This document shows positions 55,539 to 64,000 of a stretch of 64,000 bases of DNA, one piece after another; the stretch's first letter is position 1, and every line of letters begins with the position of its first letter. The DNA is taken from assembly GCA_026995935.1 (NCBI GenBank), contig JALWNK010000005.1:1072-65071 (forward strand). The letters are read 5' to 3'. The notes below the pieces were generated by a model that saw only the letters and a program-made list of their open reading frames with translations, had not been told where the DNA came from and made no database searches. Made by a program: the position numbers and the translations under genes. The DNA comes from Deltaproteobacteria bacterium. Its GTDB lineage: Bacteria; Desulfobacterota; Dissulfuribacteria; Dissulfuribacterales; QOAL01.

Positions 55539-56951
55539 ATGTTGAAAAAACACCATCCAGACGTACAAGCACCCAAGATTGCCCTGGTTGGCAAGCCCAA
55601 TGTTGGAAAATCGTCGCTTTTCAACAGGCTTACAGGCTCAAAGGCGGCCCTGGTTGCAGAAACTCCCGGACTTACACGTGATAGAAGATACTCCACAGCA
55701 AATCTTGGCTCCTGTACGGTAACACTTATCGATACCGGAGGGCTGGCCTCTGGACTTGACGATCCCCTGGCTGAAAACGTAACAGAGCAGACAGAAAAAG
55801 CCATAGAGGAGGCAGATGCCCTTCTGGTGCTTTTTGATGGCAAACATGGCCTTACTCCCGATGACCTGGAGCTGGCTGACCTTGTTAGAAAATCGAAAAA
55901 GCCCTTTGTGGCCATAGTAAACAAGATAGACTCTAGACAAAAAATTGTTGCCCTTTCTGAATTTTTTGAAACAGGAATTGAAGACCTGCTTGATATATCT
56001 GTTAAGACAGGAAGGGGCATTGGTGAACTCAAGGAAAGGATCTGTGGCCTTGTGGGCCTGGGAGCCTCCAACCAGAAACCCACAGGGGCCGCTGAGTACC
56101 ATAAGAGTGAAGAACCGCCCATGGAAGAAAATGAAGACAGGGCCTCCACTGACCAGGACAGTCCCATTCGCGTAAGCATTGTTGGAAGGCCAAACGTTGG
56201 GAAGTCCTCCATACTCAACAGGATACTTGGGCAGCCCAGGATGCTTGTCTCTGACATCCCAGGCACCACCAGGGATGCCATAGACTGCCTGGTTGAAAGG
56301 CCTGGACAAAGGCCTCTCATATTTGTGGACACGGCAGGGGTAAGGAGAAAGGCCAGGGTCAGGGACAAGATCGAAAAATTCAGCGCCATCAAATCCCTTG
56401 ATTCCATAAAGGACAGTGACATATGCGTTTGTGTCTTTGACGCCACCGAAGGAATTACCGACCAGGATAAGCGCCTGGTAGGTTACACTGCAGAGCATGG
56501 CAAGGGATGCATAACCGTTTTCAACAAGTGGGACCTTGTTAAGGATGACCCAAAGATGAGGCGCATATTGAATGAGGAGGCCAAATTACTAAGAAAGGTG
56601 GTGCCCTATGCACCCCATCTAAATGTTTCTGCCCTTACTGGCAAGAACGTGGAAAAACTCCTTCCACTGATACAAAAAATATACGATGATTTTACATACA
56701 AGGAGACAACAGGCAGGCTCAACAGGATACTTAAAGAAGCCTTACTGAGGAGAAATCCCCCTGTGACCAAGGGACATTATCTGAAGCTTTTCTATGTAAC
56801 ACAGACTGGAACCAGGCCTCCCACCTTTACCTTTTTTGCAAACTATCCTGAACTTTTTTCTGAGCACTACAGACGCTATCTGAGCAACTTTTTCAGGAAA
56901 GAACTTGAAATCCCAAATACACCAATAAAAATCATCCTCAGGGCAAGATAA
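55539..56951 (+). CDS. der: Ribosome-biogenesis GTPase Der (EngA)
   Basis: Has two tandem GTPase domains (GKPNVGKSS and GRPNVGKSS) plus a C-terminal KH-like domain. Confidence 0.92.
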   Translation: MLKKHHPDVQAPKIALVGKPNVGKSSLFNRLTGSKAALVAETPGLTRDRRYSTANLGSCTVTLIDTGGLASGLDDPLAENVTEQTEKAIEEADALLVLFDGKHGLTPDDLELADLVRKSKKPFVAIVNKIDSRQKIVALSEFFETGIEDLLDISVKTGRGIGELKERICGLVGLGASNQKPTGAAEYHKSEEPPMEENEDRASTDQDSPIRVSIVGRPNVGKSSILNRILGQPRMLVSDIPGTTRDAIDCLVERPGQRPLIFVDTAGVRRKARVRDKIEKFSAIKSLDSIKDSDICVCVFDATEGITDQDKRLVGYTAEHGKGCITVFNKWDLVKDDPKMRRILNEEAKLLRKVVPYAPHLNVSALTGKNVEKLLPLIQKIYDDFTYKETTGRLNRILKEALLRRNPPVTKGHYLKLFYVTQTGTRPPTFTFFANYPELFSEHYRRYLSNFFRKELEIPNTPIKIILRAR

Positions 56952-56952
56952 C

Positions 56953-57426
56953 ATGGCAAACATTGTAAAAGTAAAAGGAAGGCCTGTGGGCATATTTGGC
57001 CTTGAGTTGGCCGTAAGCAAGGTCAAAGAAATCATGGACCAAGAGGGGCTGGACAGACATCAGGCGGCAGCCGAGCTTCTTAAGCTGGTTGAGAAGAAAA
57101 ACTATGTGCCAGCCTCAAGCAGGCGTGACTACCTGGCTGCCTTCGAAAAACTCCTGGCCCAAAGAGAAGAAGATGAAAAGGATGCGGCCACCACTGTAAG
57201 GATTCTAGGGCCAGGCTGTGTGGGATGTAACCGCATAGAGGAACTGGTGCTAGAAATAATGTCAGGAAGGGGCATTGCCGCAGACATATATCACGTAACT
57301 GACAAGGACGAGATACTGCGCTACGGTGTTGATAAGACCCCTGCCCTTGTGATCGGAAACAAGGTAGTAAGTGCAGGGAAAATTCCTTCCAAGGCCCAGA
57401 TAGAACAGTGGCTTCTGAAGAAGTAG
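56953..57426 (+). CDS. Thioredoxin-fold protein (CxxC, MTH895/redox-active-disulfide-2-like) with an extra N-terminal domain
   Basis: The C-terminal roughly 80 aa read ILGPGCVGCN...TPALVIGNKVV..G. The N-terminal roughly 75 aa are unassigned. Confidence 0.6.
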   Translation: MANIVKVKGRPVGIFGLELAVSKVKEIMDQEGLDRHQAAAELLKLVEKKNYVPASSRRDYLAAFEKLLAQREEDEKDAATTVRILGPGCVGCNRIEELVLEIMSGRGIAADIYHVTDKDEILRYGVDKTPALVIGNKVVSAGKIPSKAQIEQWLLKK

Positions 57427-58230
57427 TTAGAGGGCAACGTGGAGCCCCATCTTGTGATATATCTCTTTCCTTATCTGTCGCAGGTCTCCGGCAGACAGGT
57501 CCCTTGGGTGCGGCTCATGAATTTCCATGTCCCATGCCACCTTGGCCGGCCTGTCACTGAGCATTATTATCCTGTCCCCCAGCTGAAGGGCCTCGTCAAT
57601 GTCGTGGGTGATGAAGAGTATGGTCATGTCAAACATCTGGTGAACGTTCACCATCTCTTCCCTCATTTGGAGTCTTGTAACAAAATCAAGGGCCCCAAAG
57701 GGCTCATCCATGAAGAGTATATCCGGATTGGTGATGAGGGCCCTTGCAACCTCTGCCCTTCGCCTCATGCCCCCTGACAGTTCATGGGGGTAATGGTCCC
57801 CGAAGCCTGATAGCCCCACAAGCTCCAGATACTCCTCGACCTCCTCCCGGGCCTGTTGGCCTTTTAGCCCTTCGGTTCCCATGGCGATATTCTGCCGTGC
57901 CGTAAGCCAGGGAAAGAGCCCATCTTCCTGAAAGACGCAGACGTGCCTGTTGCTAGGCCCTGTCACCTCCTGTCCGTCTATGAGTACGCTTCCTTCACTT
58001 GGCCTTTCAAATCCGGAAACAATCCTGAACATGGTTGATTTGCCGCATCCAGACGGCCCGATAAAACAGGCAAAGGTGCCTGATGGGATGGAAAAGGTGA
58101 GCCCATCAAGCACCTTGCAGTCTTCTTGCGGTCTGCACTGAGAGAAAAAACGTTTCTTTGTCCTTCTTTCTATATAGGACTTTTTGAGCCCTCTTACCTC
58201 TATTTTGTTCAACGTCTCATCCTGCTCCAC
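57427..58230 (-). CDS. ABC transporter ATP-binding protein (NitT/TauT family)
   Basis: Has Walker A GPSGCGKST, signature LSGGMRRR and Walker B LFMDEPFG. Confidence 0.88.
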   Translation of the reverse strand: MEQDETLNKIEVRGLKKSYIERRTKKRFFSQCRPQEDCKVLDGLTFSIPSGTFACFIGPSGCGKSTMFRIVSGFERPSEGSVLIDGQEVTGPSNRHVCVFQEDGLFPWLTARQNIAMGTEGLKGQQAREEVEEYLELVGLSGFGDHYPHELSGGMRRRAEVARALITNPDILFMDEPFGALDFVTRLQMREEMVNVHQMFDMTILFITHDIDEALQLGDRIIMLSDRPAKVAWDMEIHEPHPRDLSAGDLRQIRKEIYHKMGLHVAL

Positions 58231-58967
58231 TCGACACTTGGCATCCTCTCAAGAAGCCTGACCATGTAATCCAGGATCAAACCCACCGTCCCGATCACCA
58301 CCATCCCAGCCACCACCATGTCCATACGAAGGGAATTCCTGGCATCGATTATCAGATAGCCAAGGCCTGATTTTACGGCTATCATCTCTGCAGCCACTAT
58401 GACGAGCCATGCTGTGCCCAAAGTGATCCTCAGGGCTGTTATTATTTCAGGCAAGGCCGCCGGCAGAATAACCTTCATATAAACCTTGAATCCCTTGAGG
58501 CCGAAATTTTCTGCAACCCGAAGATAGGTTGTACGAATGTTGAGCACAGAACTTGTGGTAAAGACCACCAAGGGAAAGAAGGAAGAGAGAAATATTAGAA
58601 ATATCGCCGGCTTATCCCCGATGCCAAACCACATAAGGGCCATGGGTATCCAGGCAAGGGGAGAGATGGGCCTTAGAAACTGTACCAGTGGGTTAAGAAT
58701 CGTACGAAGACATCTTTGCCTTCCAATAAGAAGCCCCATGGGAATGGCAGTTACAACGGCAAGATAAAAACCCACGGTCACCCTGAAAAGGCTTGAAACG
58801 CTGTTCCTGTAGAGCTCTCCGTTTTTTAACATCTCCCACAGGGCACCTGCGACGGAAAGGGGCCTTGGAAACATGAATTCTGGCACGTTGAGGGCGGCTG
58901 TAACCAAATGCCACAAAAGCAGAATTGCAAGGACTATGGGGAAAAGTCCGGCCTTTTTCAGTACCAT
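58209..58967 (-). CDS. ABC transporter permease (NitT/TauT family, BPD-type)
   Basis: Has six TM segments and an EAA-like loop. I prefer ATG 58967 (MVLKKAGLFPIV...); the track's N-terminal 69 aa overlap the upstream SBP gene. Confidence 0.8.
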   Translation of the reverse strand: MVLKKAGLFPIVLAILLLWHLVTAALNVPEFMFPRPLSVAGALWEMLKNGELYRNSVSSLFRVTVGFYLAVVTAIPMGLLIGRQRCLRTILNPLVQFLRPISPLAWIPMALMWFGIGDKPAIFLIFLSSFFPLVVFTTSSVLNIRTTYLRVAENFGLKGFKVYMKVILPAALPEIITALRITLGTAWLVIVAAEMIAVKSGLGYLIIDARNSLRMDMVVAGMVVIGTVGLILDYMVRLLERMPSVEWSRMRR

Positions 58968-59890
58968 TTCAAGTAAACCTCTATGTCTGGCACCTTTGTC
59001 AGAAGACCATACCTGACCATCTTTTTTCCAATTGCCTGGAACTCTTCCTTCTTTGGCAAGATGTTTCGGTAACTCACCTCTTTTTCCATGAGGACCGTTT
59101 CTATAAGCCTCTTGCTCAAACCGAAGAACCTTGCACCCATGTCCGCAGCAAGCCTGCGGTTGTTCTCTATCCATTGTCCCTGGAGATAAAGCCCCTTGAT
59201 GAATGAGTCCATTTGGGTTGGATTTTTTTTCAGGGCATCTTTCCTGACAATGAGAATACTTGATATGAAGCCTGGCCAGATGGAGGATATCTTTTGAAAG
59301 ATTGTTCCTACTCCCATGAGCCTTGCCTGGGTCGCGTAAGGCTCCCCCACAATGTAGGCATCGATTGCCCCAGAGGCCAGGGCAGAAGGCATATCAGGCG
59401 GGGGAAGCTCCACCCTTGTCACCCTTTGCATGTCCACGTGTTCTTTTTCAAGTAAAGACAACAGGGCAATATTCTGGGTGCTGTACCTTATGGGTATTGC
59501 TACTGTCTTACCCTCAAACTCCTTGACTTGATTTATGGGCCTTTTGCTTGAAACCACAAGGCCCGTTCCGTTTCTGTGACCCAGGAGGGCGATCTTTACG
59601 GGTACCCCTTGATCCATCATGGAGATGGCTATGGGCGCAAGTATCAGGGCGGCATCCAGCTCGCCGCCCTTTACCGATTCGATCATGTCTGGCCAGGATG
59701 TATACTTTACCGGTAAGACGTGTTTCCTGAAAAACTCATCTCTTTCCATGGCTACAGGGAGAAGAAGATGGCATGTGATGGGCAAAAAACCCACCTTGAG
59801 CCTGGTCTCATGGTGAGAGGCGCCAGGGAGGGTAAAACGAAGTAAAGAAATCACTACCAGCCAGAAGATAGCACCTGCAACAGCCAGCAT
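58958..59890 (-). CDS. ABC transporter substrate-binding protein (NMT1/THI5-like)
   Basis: Has a signal anchor (MLAVAGAIFWLVVISLL) followed by an SsuA/NMT1-like periplasmic fold. The longer track ORF (start 60193) would overlap hom and contains a TATAAT box. Confidence 0.7.
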   Translation of the reverse strand: MLAVAGAIFWLVVISLLRFTLPGASHHETRLKVGFLPITCHLLLPVAMERDEFFRKHVLPVKYTSWPDMIESVKGGELDAALILAPIAISMMDQGVPVKIALLGHRNGTGLVVSSKRPINQVKEFEGKTVAIPIRYSTQNIALLSLLEKEHVDMQRVTRVELPPPDMPSALASGAIDAYIVGEPYATQARLMGVGTIFQKISSIWPGFISSILIVRKDALKKNPTQMDSFIKGLYLQGQWIENNRRLAADMGARFFGLSKRLIETVLMEKEVSYRNILPKKEEFQAIGKKMVRYGLLTKVPDIEVYLKWY

Positions 59891-60115
59891 CTCTGGCCGA
59901 AAATTTTTTGGCTTCTTAACATTATACACAACATGTTTATCGGCATTTTGCCTATGTTTTTTAAATCCATGGCCCTGGGACTCTACATACTTTTCCTGTG
60001 ATTTTGGTATCTCGTAACCTTTGCAAGGGTTGCCCGGAAATTGATAAGTGTTTAGAGTAACACAGCCAATCCATACTGCTTGCAGGCCAATATTCACATA
60101 CTTGCGGGGTAAGAG

Positions 60116-61447
60116 ATGAAAGACGTTGTCAATGTAGGAATTGTAGGCTTTGGAACTGTTGGAAGCGGAACCGCCAGGATACTTCTTGAACAAAAGTCCC
60201 TTCTCAGGAAAAGGACCTCAACTTCAGTCAACCTGAAGTGGATCTGTGACAAGGATATAACCTCTGACCGGGGCTTTCAGGTCCCAGAGGGCATCCTGAC
60301 CACAGATATAGACCAGCTCATGGATGACCCTGAACTTGACATACTGGTTGAACTCATCGGAGGCATCGAGCCTGCTAAAACCTTCATCCTTCAAGCCATA
60401 GAAAAGGGAAAACACGTTGTTACGGCCAACAAGGCCCTTCTTGCCACCCACGGGTTTGAAATATTCGAGGCCGCCTCGAAAAAGGGTGTGGAGGTGGGCT
60501 TTGAGGCAAGCGTGGGCGGAGGCATTCCCTGCATAAAGGCCCTAAAAGAAGGCCTTGTAGCAAACAATGTAAGCACAGTACTTGGCATAATGAACGGCAC
60601 AGCCAACTACATACTTACAAGGATGACAATGGAGGGCCTTGCCTTTGACCACGTGCTGAAACAGGCCCAGGAGCTCGGCTATGCAGAGGCTGACCCCACC
60701 TATGATGTGGAAGGCATTGACACGGCACACAAGCTTGCCATCATGTCCACCCTTGCCTTTGGCCAAAGGATAGGCCTTGATGACATATACACCGAAGGCA
60801 TCTCAAAGATAACACCCCTTGACATCTCCTTTGCCACCGAGCTTGGCTACAGCATAAAGCTGCTGGCCATAGGGAAGAAGAACAGCCATGAGAGCGTGGA
60901 CGTTCGCATACACCCCACCATGATTCCAAAGGACCACCTTCTTTCCCAGGTCAACGGCGCCTTTAATGCAGTCTACTTTGTGGGAGACAGCGTTGGAAAG
61001 GTAATGCTATACGGTATGGGCGCAGGCCAGATGCCCACTGGAAGCGCAATAGTTGCGGACATAGTGGACATTGCCAGGGATATAACTCGTGGCTGTACCG
61101 GAAGGGTCCCGGCCCTCTCCCAGCCCTTTGACTCCATAGGCCCTCCTCGCATCAAGCCTGTTGAGTCCATATGCTGCAAATACTACTTTCGTTTTACCGT
61201 TATGGATAAGCCCGGAGTACTTTCAAGGATATCCGGCATTCTGGGCGAGGAGGAAATAAGCATAAACTCTGTGGTACAAAAAGGCAGGGCCAGCAAGGCC
61301 TCCTCTGTCCCAATAGTCATGCTCACCCACGAGGCCCAGGAAGGCAGAGTGAAAAAGGCACTTAAGGAAATTGACTCCCAGGACTTCATTCTTGATGAAA
61401 CCATGATTATCCGTATAGAAGACATGAAGGCATTGGAGGAATCGTAG
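60116..61447 (+). CDS. hom: Homoserine dehydrogenase
   Basis: Has an N-terminal Rossmann fold VGIVGFGTVGSG, a catalytic domain and a C-terminal ACT domain. Confidence 0.9.
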   Translation: MKDVVNVGIVGFGTVGSGTARILLEQKSLLRKRTSTSVNLKWICDKDITSDRGFQVPEGILTTDIDQLMDDPELDILVELIGGIEPAKTFILQAIEKGKHVVTANKALLATHGFEIFEAASKKGVEVGFEASVGGGIPCIKALKEGLVANNVSTVLGIMNGTANYILTRMTMEGLAFDHVLKQAQELGYAEADPTYDVEGIDTAHKLAIMSTLAFGQRIGLDDIYTEGISKITPLDISFATELGYSIKLLAIGKKNSHESVDVRIHPTMIPKDHLLSQVNGAFNAVYFVGDSVGKVMLYGMGAGQMPTGSAIVADIVDIARDITRGCTGRVPALSQPFDSIGPPRIKPVESICCKYYFRFTVMDKPGVLSRISGILGEEEISINSVVQKGRASKASSVPIVMLTHEAQEGRVKKALKEIDSQDFILDETMIIRIEDMKALEES

Positions 61448-61449
61448 CC

Positions 61450-62763
61450 ATGGCAGTTGACAAATCCCTAAAGGAAAACCAGGACCTCCAGGAAGAGAAG
61501 GAGCCAATTTCACACCCTGTTGAAAAGTATGTCATCCTTATTGGTGACGGCATGGCCGATTTTCCAGTGGAAGAAATCGGGAACAAGACGGCCCTGCAAG
61601 CGGCAAGGACCCCTTTTATGGATCTCCTTTCACGGCTTGGGGAGTTTGGCCTGGTAAAAACCATACCTGATGAACTTCCTCCAGGAAGCGACGTTGCAAA
61701 CATGGCCCTTATGGGCTACGACCCGCAAAAGTACTACACGGGACGTGGACCCTTGGAGGCCGCGGCCATGGGTGTAAAGATGAACCCGGAAGACGTTGCC
61801 TTTAGATGCAACCTTGTTACCCTGGGCTTCAGGGATGGCCGTGTCTTCATGGACGATTACAGCGCCGGGCACATCCCCACGGAAGAGGCCCTGGTGCTAA
61901 TAAATGAGCTTGCCCAGATAGTAAAAAGCCGCTCCTTTGAACTCTTTCCTGGGGTGAGCTACCGTCATCTTCTCCTTTGGAGGGGCGGCCCGGAAGGACT
62001 TGCCACGGTTCCTCCCCATGACTACACAGGGCATGACGTCACAGAGGCATGGCGAGTCTACGAAGAAGAACCCCTCCTTTACGAGGTTCTGAAAAAGGCC
62101 ATCAATCTCTTTCATCGTCACCCCATAAACATCAAACGAATGGAGGAGGGCAAAAGGCCTGCAAACGCAATATGGCCCTGGGGACAGGGCAGGAAACCCG
62201 TAATAGCCACCATACCTGAGCAATACGACCTGGAAGGCTCTGTTATTGCCGCGGTTGATCTCATAAAGGGCCTGGGCGCCTGGGCAGGACTTTCCACGCC
62301 AAAGGTCCCGGGGGCAACGGGCTTTCTGGATACGGACTTTCATGCAAAGGCAAAGGCCGCCCTTGATGAAATCAGGGAAAAGGATATCGTTGTTGTGCAT
62401 GTGGAGGCGCCAGATGAGGCCGGCCACATGGGAGACATCCAGGAGAAGATCAAGGCCATCGAACGTTTTGACAAGGAGGTGGTTGGCACTGTCTTTGACG
62501 GCCTTAAAAACATGGACTGCACCTTCAGACTCCTGGTGGTAACGGACCATTACACCCCTGTCACCATCAGGACCCATGCACGGGGCCCGGTGCCCTTTGT
62601 TATCTACGACAGCCTTGATGTCCAGGACAACCCGGAGGTCTCCTTTGACGAGGAATGGGCTGAAAAATCAGGCATTGTTTTCGAAGAGGGTCACAGGCTG
62701 TTTCCCCATTTCATTGGGGCACAGCCGCGGTACGTGGAGCTTGACCCAAAAAAGAAGAAATAG
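61450..62763 (+). CDS. Cofactor-independent phosphoglycerate-mutase-like (ApgM family) protein; candidate non-canonical homoserine kinase
   Basis: 437 aa with alkaline-phosphatase-superfamily metal motifs (ILIGDGMAD, HVEAPDEAGH, TDHYTP). It starts 2 nt after the hom stop. Confidence 0.7.
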   Translation: MAVDKSLKENQDLQEEKEPISHPVEKYVILIGDGMADFPVEEIGNKTALQAARTPFMDLLSRLGEFGLVKTIPDELPPGSDVANMALMGYDPQKYYTGRGPLEAAAMGVKMNPEDVAFRCNLVTLGFRDGRVFMDDYSAGHIPTEEALVLINELAQIVKSRSFELFPGVSYRHLLLWRGGPEGLATVPPHDYTGHDVTEAWRVYEEEPLLYEVLKKAINLFHRHPINIKRMEEGKRPANAIWPWGQGRKPVIATIPEQYDLEGSVIAAVDLIKGLGAWAGLSTPKVPGATGFLDTDFHAKAKAALDEIREKDIVVVHVEAPDEAGHMGDIQEKIKAIERFDKEVVGTVFDGLKNMDCTFRLLVVTDHYTPVTIRTHARGPVPFVIYDSLDVQDNPEVSFDEEWAEKSGIVFEEGHRLFPHFIGAQPRYVELDPKKKK

Positions 62764-62774
62764 GATAAGAAAAC

Positions 62775-63197
62775 TTGATGGGCCAGGGGAAAAGACCCAG
62801 GTGGGGAGAGCCTATTTTTTATCGTGTCATATACGGAGACACGGACAGGGCCGGCGTGGTCTATTATGCCAACTACCTGAGACTCTTTGAGATGGGAAGA
62901 ACCGAATGGATGAGAAACGTACTTGGAACACCTTACAAAAGCCTTGAGGAATCAGGCGTTCTTTTCCCGGTTGTTGAGGCACATATTCGCTACAAGGCCC
63001 CTGCCTTATATGACGATCTTCTTGAGATACGAACGGCTCTTGAAGACGCATCCAGGGTAACACTCACCTTCTGCTACGAAATAAAAAGAGAGGAGAGGCT
63101 GCTGGTCAAGGGAAATACCAGGCATGCGGCAGCTGACGCCAACGGTAGGCTCACCAAGATACCAGAGGCCCTGTCCCATGCCATCTCTGGCCTGTAA
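62775..63197 (+). CDS. YbgC/4HBT-family acyl-CoA thioesterase
   Basis: Has V.YGDTD..GVVYYANYLRLFE, a hotdog-fold thioesterase signature. Confidence 0.8.
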   Translation: MMGQGKRPRWGEPIFYRVIYGDTDRAGVVYYANYLRLFEMGRTEWMRNVLGTPYKSLEESGVLFPVVEAHIRYKAPALYDDLLEIRTALEDASRVTLTFCYEIKREERLLVKGNTRHAAADANGRLTKIPEALSHAISGL

Positions 63198-63248
63198 CAG
63201 GATAGGTTTGGCTAAAAATTGTTAAAATTTGTATTTCTCATATAAAGA

Positions 63249-64000
63249 ATGGGTTACATTCCTGAGGACATCCTCCAGAACATTCGGGAAGCAGCCGACA
63301 TCAGGCAGGTTGTCCAGGAATTTGTACCCTTAAAGAAAAGGGGCAAGAACTGGGTGGGGCTTTGCCCATTTCACCCGGATAAGGACCCTTCTTTTACTGT
63401 CAACGAAGACAAGCAGATATTCTACTGTTTCGGTTGCGGCGAGGGAGGAAACGTATTTAAGTTCCTCATGAAGGTCCAGGGGTTATCCTTCAAGGAGGCT
63501 GCCAAAAGTCTCGCCCAGCGCTTTGGCATCACCATTCCCCAAAGACCTGTATCAAAGGCGGCAAAGAAAAAAAAGGAGCTCTCTGAAAGACTTCTTGATA
63601 TCACCCTTTCTGCAGCAGAATACTTTCAGAAACAATTAAGGGATTCTTCCACGGCCCAGGCCGCAAGGGATTACCTGGCAGAAAGAGGGCTTGATGAAAA
63701 GACCATGGATGCCTTTGGTCTTGGCTGGGCGGAAGACTCATGGGACGGTCTCATTGGCTTTTTAAAGGAAAAGGGCCTTAGCCTGGAACTTGCCGAGCAG
63801 GCAGGCCTCATTATAAAGCGTACAAATGCCCCAGGCTGGTACGACAGGTTCAGGGGCAGAATAGTCTTTCCAATAAAGGATCACAGGGGTGACGTTGTTG
63901 CCTTTGGTGCACGGACCATAGGGCTTCCCGGCCAGGAAGAACAGCCCAAGTACATAAACTCCCCCGAGTCTCCCATATACCACAAGGGAAAGGTCCTTTA
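63249..64000 (+). CDS. dnaG: DNA primase (partial; runs off the window end)
   Basis: Absent from the ORF track because it has no stop in the window. It reads MGYIPEDILQNIREAADIRQVVQEFVPLKKRGKNWVGLCPFHPDKDPSFTVNEDKQIFYCFGCGEGGNVFKFLM..., which is the CHC2 zinc finger. Confidence 0.9.
   Translation, partial: MGYIPEDILQNIREAADIRQVVQEFVPLKKRGKNWVGLCPFHPDKDPSFTVNEDKQIFYCFGCGEGGNVFKFLMKVQGLSFKEAAKSLAQRFGITIPQRPVSKAAKKKKELSERLLDITLSAAEYFQKQLRDSSTAQAARDYLAERGLDEKTMDAFGLGWAEDSWDGLIGFLKEKGLSLELAEQAGLIIKRTNAPGWYDRFRGRIVFPIKDHRGDVVAFGARTIGLPGQEEQPKYINSPESPIYHKGKVL

Noticed and set aside
55505-56498. Two long minus-strand ORFs (313 and 286 aa) antisense to der
   Set aside because: Both are Ser/Leu/Pro-rich and low-complexity, with no domains or SD. 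They fully overlap a strongly supported GTPase gene.
1-64000. Search for CRISPR repeats, IS/transposase, integrase, prophage, toxin-antitoxin or known defence-system genes
   Set aside because: Reading both strands and the ORF track turned up none. The only compositionally atypical segment is the receptor/YfiR-like/kinase operon, which is reported as a finding.

Overview
The window looks like a chromosomal segment of a Gram-negative bacterium. BamA, an Lpx lipid-A cluster, a TolC-type channel and a TonB-dependent receptor are all present. The gene content resembles anaerobic Desulfobacterota-type genomes, but that lineage call is inference only. Hand-sampled G+C is roughly 50%. Most of the window is tightly packed housekeeping. 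This includes queC, an AMP-phosphorylase-like/Prs-like pair, xth, a DUF4212+SSS symporter, archease-rtcB and two L,D-transpeptidases. It also includes a MacB-type efflux set, Nif3/zinc-ribbon, rnpB, panB, dxs-ispA and pgsA-miaA-mutL-uvrC. The rest is coaBC, the lpxB-lpxI-lpxA-fabZ-lpxD-bamA cluster, rpoH, der, a NitT/TauT-type ABC importer, hom, an ApgM-like gene and dnaG. RNA genes are tRNA-Lys(CUU), a CAU-anticodon tRNA, tRNA-Pro(UGG) and RNase P RNA. I saw no CRISPR array, transposase, integrase, phage genes or recognisable defence genes. Two loci stand out. The first is an apparently AT-richer three-gene operon at about 35.9-41.3 kb: TonB-dependent receptor, YfiR-like DUF4154 protein, and a hybrid histidine kinase with a CHASE8-like periplasmic domain. 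It reads like a YfiBNR-style envelope relay rewired to a phosphorelay. The second is a 490-bp spacer between convergent panB and dxs. It holds the only perfect sigma-54 promoter match I found, upstream dyads, and an SD-preceded 39-codon Cys-rich, very basic micro-ORF that the ORF track does not list. Smaller oddities are a 3-TM half-PnuC-like gene, an AT-hook-like N-terminus on RpoH, an extended BamA N-terminus, and a LolD-like ATPase whose conserved N-terminus lies upstream of any canonical start codon. All family calls rest on motifs read by eye, and no database searches were run.
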